A DNA stretch of 64,000 bases, taken from NCBI GenBank assembly GCA_965261395.1, contig OZ253462.1, forward strand, positions 4,832,001 to 4,896,000, given 5' to 3'. Under the pieces are notes generated by a model, which did no database searches, was not told where the DNA came from, and was given only the letters and a program-made list of their open reading frames with translations. Below are positions 60,328 to 64,000 of the stretch, one piece after another (the stretch's first letter is position 1; each line of letters begins with the position of its first letter). The translations under genes and the position numbers were made by a program. Source of the DNA: Candidatus Latescibacterota bacterium. GTDB lineage: Bacteria > Latescibacterota > UBA2968 > UBA8231.

Positions 60328-61503
60328 ATGAAAACCCAACACACGACCTTGCTCCTCGCTCTGCTCCTTCTGGGGCTGGCAACACTTGGGGGCTCTGCGG
60401 CGACAGCGCAGACCGAACTCTTCTTTGCCACCGGCGTCGATAGCACTGGCTGGGCACAGGCGCAAAGCAATGCCGACGGCCATGTGCTGATCGAGTCGCT
60501 GGAGTATCCGCGCGGCCTGTGGCTGCACTTGGTCGATGAAGCGGGGGATGCGATAGCCGGCCTTCAGGTCGAATACCAAGGCCGGCCCGACAGCTTGGTA
60601 GCGATTCGATGTGTTGATCCGGCCAGAGAGGTGCAGGAGACGCTGGTTTGGACTCGGCCCGAGGGCACCCTATTGCGCTTGATATTGAAGCCCAAAGAAG
60701 CCGCTGACCTGCCAGCGGGGCTGGTCTCCATAGACTGGCAAGTTGATACGAGCGCTGAATCGCTGCTAGAGCCGACCGAGACCCGGCTGATCGGCTGGGA
60801 GGCCGTAGCAGCCTTCCTACAGGAACGCTGGCAGGACCAAGCCGGGCGCGTGGCGGTGCAGTTCGATACCAGTACCTTGGCGGTTGGAGTGGATCACCCA
60901 GAGAACATAGAGACGCTGGTGGCCCACCTGAAACAGGTACATCGGCCAGCAGGAACCTCGCCTGAAGAAAAAACCGCTCTATACGCACAGGTGTTTAGAG
61001 GAGGCTTTGCTTCTTTACAGGAAGGCGTGATCCTCTATTTCCCCTTGTTCGCGGACGCCAATCTAGAGAGCGTGGTGTGGGGGAGACTAGGCCGACCACA
61101 AGGCCGCCTTACACCAGGGGACGTCGCTTCCCTGAAGAGTCCCTCCTTCTACAATAAAGACATTCATAGTTTGGCAGGCATCGAGTATCTTACCGCCCTG
61201 CAACGGCTGGATCTGGGCAGCAACCAAGTAGTCGATCTGGCCCCCCTGACCTCATTGACCAACTTGCAAGAGCTATTTCTGCACCGCAACCAGATAGTTG
61301 ATCTGAGCCCACTAAAACAATTGACCAACCTGCAAGAGCTATGGCTTGGGGACAACCAGATTGAAGACTTGGACCCCTTGATCACTAACGCTGGCTTGGG
61401 GAAAGGCGATTTGGTCAACTTGCAAAACAACCCCCTCAGTGCCCAAGCCCGCAACGAACAGATCCCCGCCCTGAAAGCAAGAGGCGTCATCATCAACTAC
61501 TAA
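60328..61503 (+). CDS. Type-B secreted LRR protein (3 LRRs)
   Basis: Same architecture as 57947. Confidence 0.88.
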   Translation: MKTQHTTLLLALLLLGLATLGGSAATAQTELFFATGVDSTGWAQAQSNADGHVLIESLEYPRGLWLHLVDEAGDAIAGLQVEYQGRPDSLVAIRCVDPAREVQETLVWTRPEGTLLRLILKPKEAADLPAGLVSIDWQVDTSAESLLEPTETRLIGWEAVAAFLQERWQDQAGRVAVQFDTSTLAVGVDHPENIETLVAHLKQVHRPAGTSPEEKTALYAQVFRGGFASLQEGVILYFPLFADANLESVVWGRLGRPQGRLTPGDVASLKSPSFYNKDIHSLAGIEYLTALQRLDLGSNQVVDLAPLTSLTNLQELFLHRNQIVDLSPLKQLTNLQELWLGDNQIEDLDPLITNAGLGKGDLVNLQNNPLSAQARNEQIPALKARGVIINY

Positions 61504-61742
61504 ACCCGACATCTCTCCGTCCCTCTTCAGCGAAAGGACCCCGCCATGAAAGCCCAACTCACCCTGCTTCTTCCCGCCTAGGCCAATGGCGCGCCGGTTT
61601 TTATTTTGGTGCCCAGATGGTATATTCGACATACCAAACGTGTTCGGATGGTATTAGCAGTGGATCGGGATAGCAACAAAGCATTTGAGCGCGTTTCTGG
61701 GTTAAGCGTCGAAGGCAGGTCAACCGAATAAGGAATCTCCTC

Positions 61743-62788
61743 ATGCGCGCGGTGATCCTTCGATCTGGAATCCTCCTAACATTGGCGGCACTTGGAACCT
61801 CTGCGGCGACGGCACAGACCGAACTCTTCTTTGCCACCGGCGTCGATAGCACCGGCTGGGCGCAGGCGCAAAGCAATGCCGACGGCCACGTGCTGATCGA
61901 GTCGTTGGAGTATCCGCGCGGCCTGTGGCTGCACTTGGTCGATGAAGCAGGGGATGCGCTGGCTGGCCTTCAGGTCGAATACCAAGGCCGACCCGACGGC
62001 TTGGTGGCGATTCGCTGCGTCGATCCAGCCAGCGGCGTGCGGGAGACGTTGGTTTGGACCCGGCCCGATGGTACCCCCTTGAGCTTGACGCTGAAGTCCA
62101 GCGAATCGACCGACTTGCCAGCGGGACTCGCCCCCATTAACTGGCAAATCGATCCGAGCGCTGAATTTCTGCTGAAGCCGGTGGAGGAGACCCGGCTGAT
62201 CGGCAGGGGGGCCGTAGCGACGTTTTTGCAGAAGCACTGGCAGCACCAGACCAAGCGAGTCGTCGTGCAGATCAAGTCAAGTGCCCCCGTTACCAACGTG
62301 GCGGTTGAAAGGAGTCGGGCCATAGGGACGCTGATGGCACACCTGCAACAGACGTATCGGCCAGCAGGCACCTCGATCAGAAGAAGAACCGAATTCTACA
62401 TACAAGTATTTAGGATCGGCCCTGATGCTTCTTTACAGGAAGGCGTGATCCTCTATCTCCTCTTGTTCGCGGATGCCAATCTGGAGCTCGTGGTGCGGAA
62501 GGCGCTGGGCCGACCCCAAGTCCGTCTTACATCACTGACACCAGAGGACGTCGCTTCCCAGACTAGGCTCTGGGCCAACGATAAATACATTCATAGCTTG
62601 GCAGGTATCGAGCATCTTACTCCCCTGCAAACTCTGGATTTGAGCAGCAACCGGATTGTCGATCTGACCCCCCAACTAACCTGACCAACCTGCGAAAGCT
62701 ATGGATCAAGGACAACCCCCTCAGCGACCAAGCCCGAAAGGAACAGATCCCCGCCCTAAAATCAAGAGGCGTCACCGTCTACTACTAA
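61743..62788 (+). pseudogene. Type-B LRR gene with 1-nt frameshift
   Basis: The ORF stops at 62684. The C-cap (LTNLRKLWIKDNPLSDQARKEQIPALKSRGVTVYY*) continues in another frame after a C6 run at 62668-62673. Confidence 0.8.
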
Positions 62789-62834
62789 CCCGCCACCGCC
62801 CACACCCGTCCCTCTTCAGCGAAAGGACCCCACC

Positions 62835-64000
62835 ATGAAAGCCCAACTCACCCTCATCCTCGCCCTGCTGGCCCCTCTCCCCGCCCTCAGCATCGGCTAC
62901 GTGTACACCGGCGTGGGCGACGACGGCCGCCAGCACCTCGAACTGACCTCGGTCACCGTTGATGTGCAAATCGACGAGCGCATCGCCCGCACGCGCACCG
63001 ATCAGATCTTCACCAACCACGCCGAATGGGAGGTGGAAGGCATCTACGAATTCACCCTGCCCGAAGGAGCGATCATCACCGATCTAGTGCTGTGGATCGG
63101 CGACAAGCAAATACAGGGGGAGGTCCTTGAAAAGGAAGAGGCGCGCCGCACGTACGACGATATTGTGGGCCGCCGCATCGACCCGGCTCTGATCGAGCAG
63201 GTGGCCCCCAACCAATTTCGCCTGAGCATCTTCCCCTTTCCGGCCCAAGGCAGCCGCCGCGTCGAATTCGAGTACATGCAGCTCCTCGAATCCCGTAGCG
63301 GCCGCCTCGACTACTCCTTCCCGCTGGCCCCTGAGACCGACCAGCCCCTGCAAATGGAGCTGTTCGTGCTGCGGGCACAGGTGCGAAGCCAGCACGCCTT
63401 TGAGGTGACGACCTCGGGGCTACCGCGACTCACCGAGATAGGCCGGCCCGACGCGCACCGCGCCAACATCTTCTTCGGCGACGAGCGGGTGAAGCCCCGG
63501 GAGGACTTCACCTTGACCATCCGCCAGACCGACGACCGGCCCAAGCCAAGCGTACTCAGCTTTGCGCCGCGAGCAAACGACGACCTAGGCTACTACGCCC
63601 TGTGGCTGCCGCCCCTGCCCGAGTTGACGCAAGGCGAACCCCTGCCGCGCAGCCTGACCTTTGTCATCGATATTTCATCGAGTATGCAGCAGGGCAAGCT
63701 CCAAGCCGTCAAAGGCGCACTCACCGCAGCGATCGACGGGCTGGATGCAGCGGACCTGTTCAACATTGTCGTCTTCACCCACCGGGCCGACTCCTTTGCC
63801 GCCGCCCCGGTGCCCGCCGATCCAGCCAACAAAAAGGCGGCCACCGCCTTTATCAACCAGCAGGACGCGCTCGGCGTGAGCAATTTTGAGGCAGGATTGG
63901 GCCGCGCCATGCAGCAGGCCTTTCCCGCCAACCGGGTCAACCACGTCATCTTCCTCACCGATGGCCTGCCCACCCTCGGCGAACTCGATCTGGAATCTTT
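62835..64000 (+). CDS. Secreted VIT + vWA domain protein (partial, runs off window)
   Basis: Manual translation: MKAQLTLILALLAPLPALS; VIT (EGIYEFTLPEGA.I..L.LWIG....GEVLEKEEARRTY..I..RRIDPALIE); vWA MIDAS FVIDISSSM and IFLTDGLPT. Confidence 0.88.
   Translation, partial: MKAQLTLILALLAPLPALSIGYVYTGVGDDGRQHLELTSVTVDVQIDERIARTRTDQIFTNHAEWEVEGIYEFTLPEGAIITDLVLWIGDKQIQGEVLEKEEARRTYDDIVGRRIDPALIEQVAPNQFRLSIFPFPAQGSRRVEFEYMQLLESRSGRLDYSFPLAPETDQPLQMELFVLRAQVRSQHAFEVTTSGLPRLTEIGRPDAHRANIFFGDERVKPREDFTLTIRQTDDRPKPSVLSFAPRANDDLGYYALWLPPLPELTQGEPLPRSLTFVIDISSSMQQGKLQAVKGALTAAIDGLDAADLFNIVVFTHRADSFAAAPVPADPANKKAATAFINQQDALGVSNFEAGLGRAMQQAFPANRVNHVIFLTDGLPTLGELDLES

Noticed and set aside
61580-61742. tRNA, riboswitch or other known ncRNA
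   Set aside because: No cloverleaf or riboswitch consensus that I can recognise; kept only as an unexplained leader.
48686-62788. Diversity-generating retroelement as the source of LRR variation
   Set aside because: No reverse transcriptase lies in the window, I could not identify a TR/VR pair with adenine-only differences, and Asn (AAC) framework codons are conserved. A trans-acting DGR cannot be fully excluded.
48935-62834. Integron cassette array
   Set aside because: No integrase is present and the spacers lack recognisable attC structure (RYYYAAC...GTTRRRY); they resemble decayed gene starts instead.

Overview
High-GC bacterial window with no rRNA, tRNA or CRISPR detected. Several FlgD/CHU_C-type C-terminal domains, a C-terminal 'AVEASTWGQIK' motif and many LRR, FN3 and cadherin surface proteins suggest an FCB-group organism such as Ca. 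Latescibacterota, possibly host-associated (inference). 1-17.2 kb is housekeeping: GT2, HIT, a stand-alone rplC, GT9, pcm, carB-TPR-pyrK-pyrD, nnr, M20 peptidase, PhyH-HEAT and a degenerate shikimate kinase. 17.4-29.6 kb is a six-gene envelope operon of unknown function: three paralogous discoidin-like/FlgD proteins, a putative OM beta-barrel, a CBM9-like protein and a double-parvulin PPIase. 30-40 kb is metabolic: Smr, a CinA/NadD-like fusion, an Nramp-like transporter, galU, sulfite/nitrite reductase, ferredoxin, E1 alpha/beta and an SDR. 40.4-64 kb is a surface-protein island: an LRR-metalloprotease, a 2007-aa FN3/cadherin adhesin with 879-bp tandem repeats, nested MITEs, a ~14-kb tandem array of 12 internalin-like LRR genes or fragments, and a partial VIT-vWA gene. 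The LRR array has conserved caps, two alternative N-terminal modules, hypervariable concave-face residues and visible recombination scars. The LRR repertoire and the FlgD/barrel operon are the two best candidates for undescribed systems.
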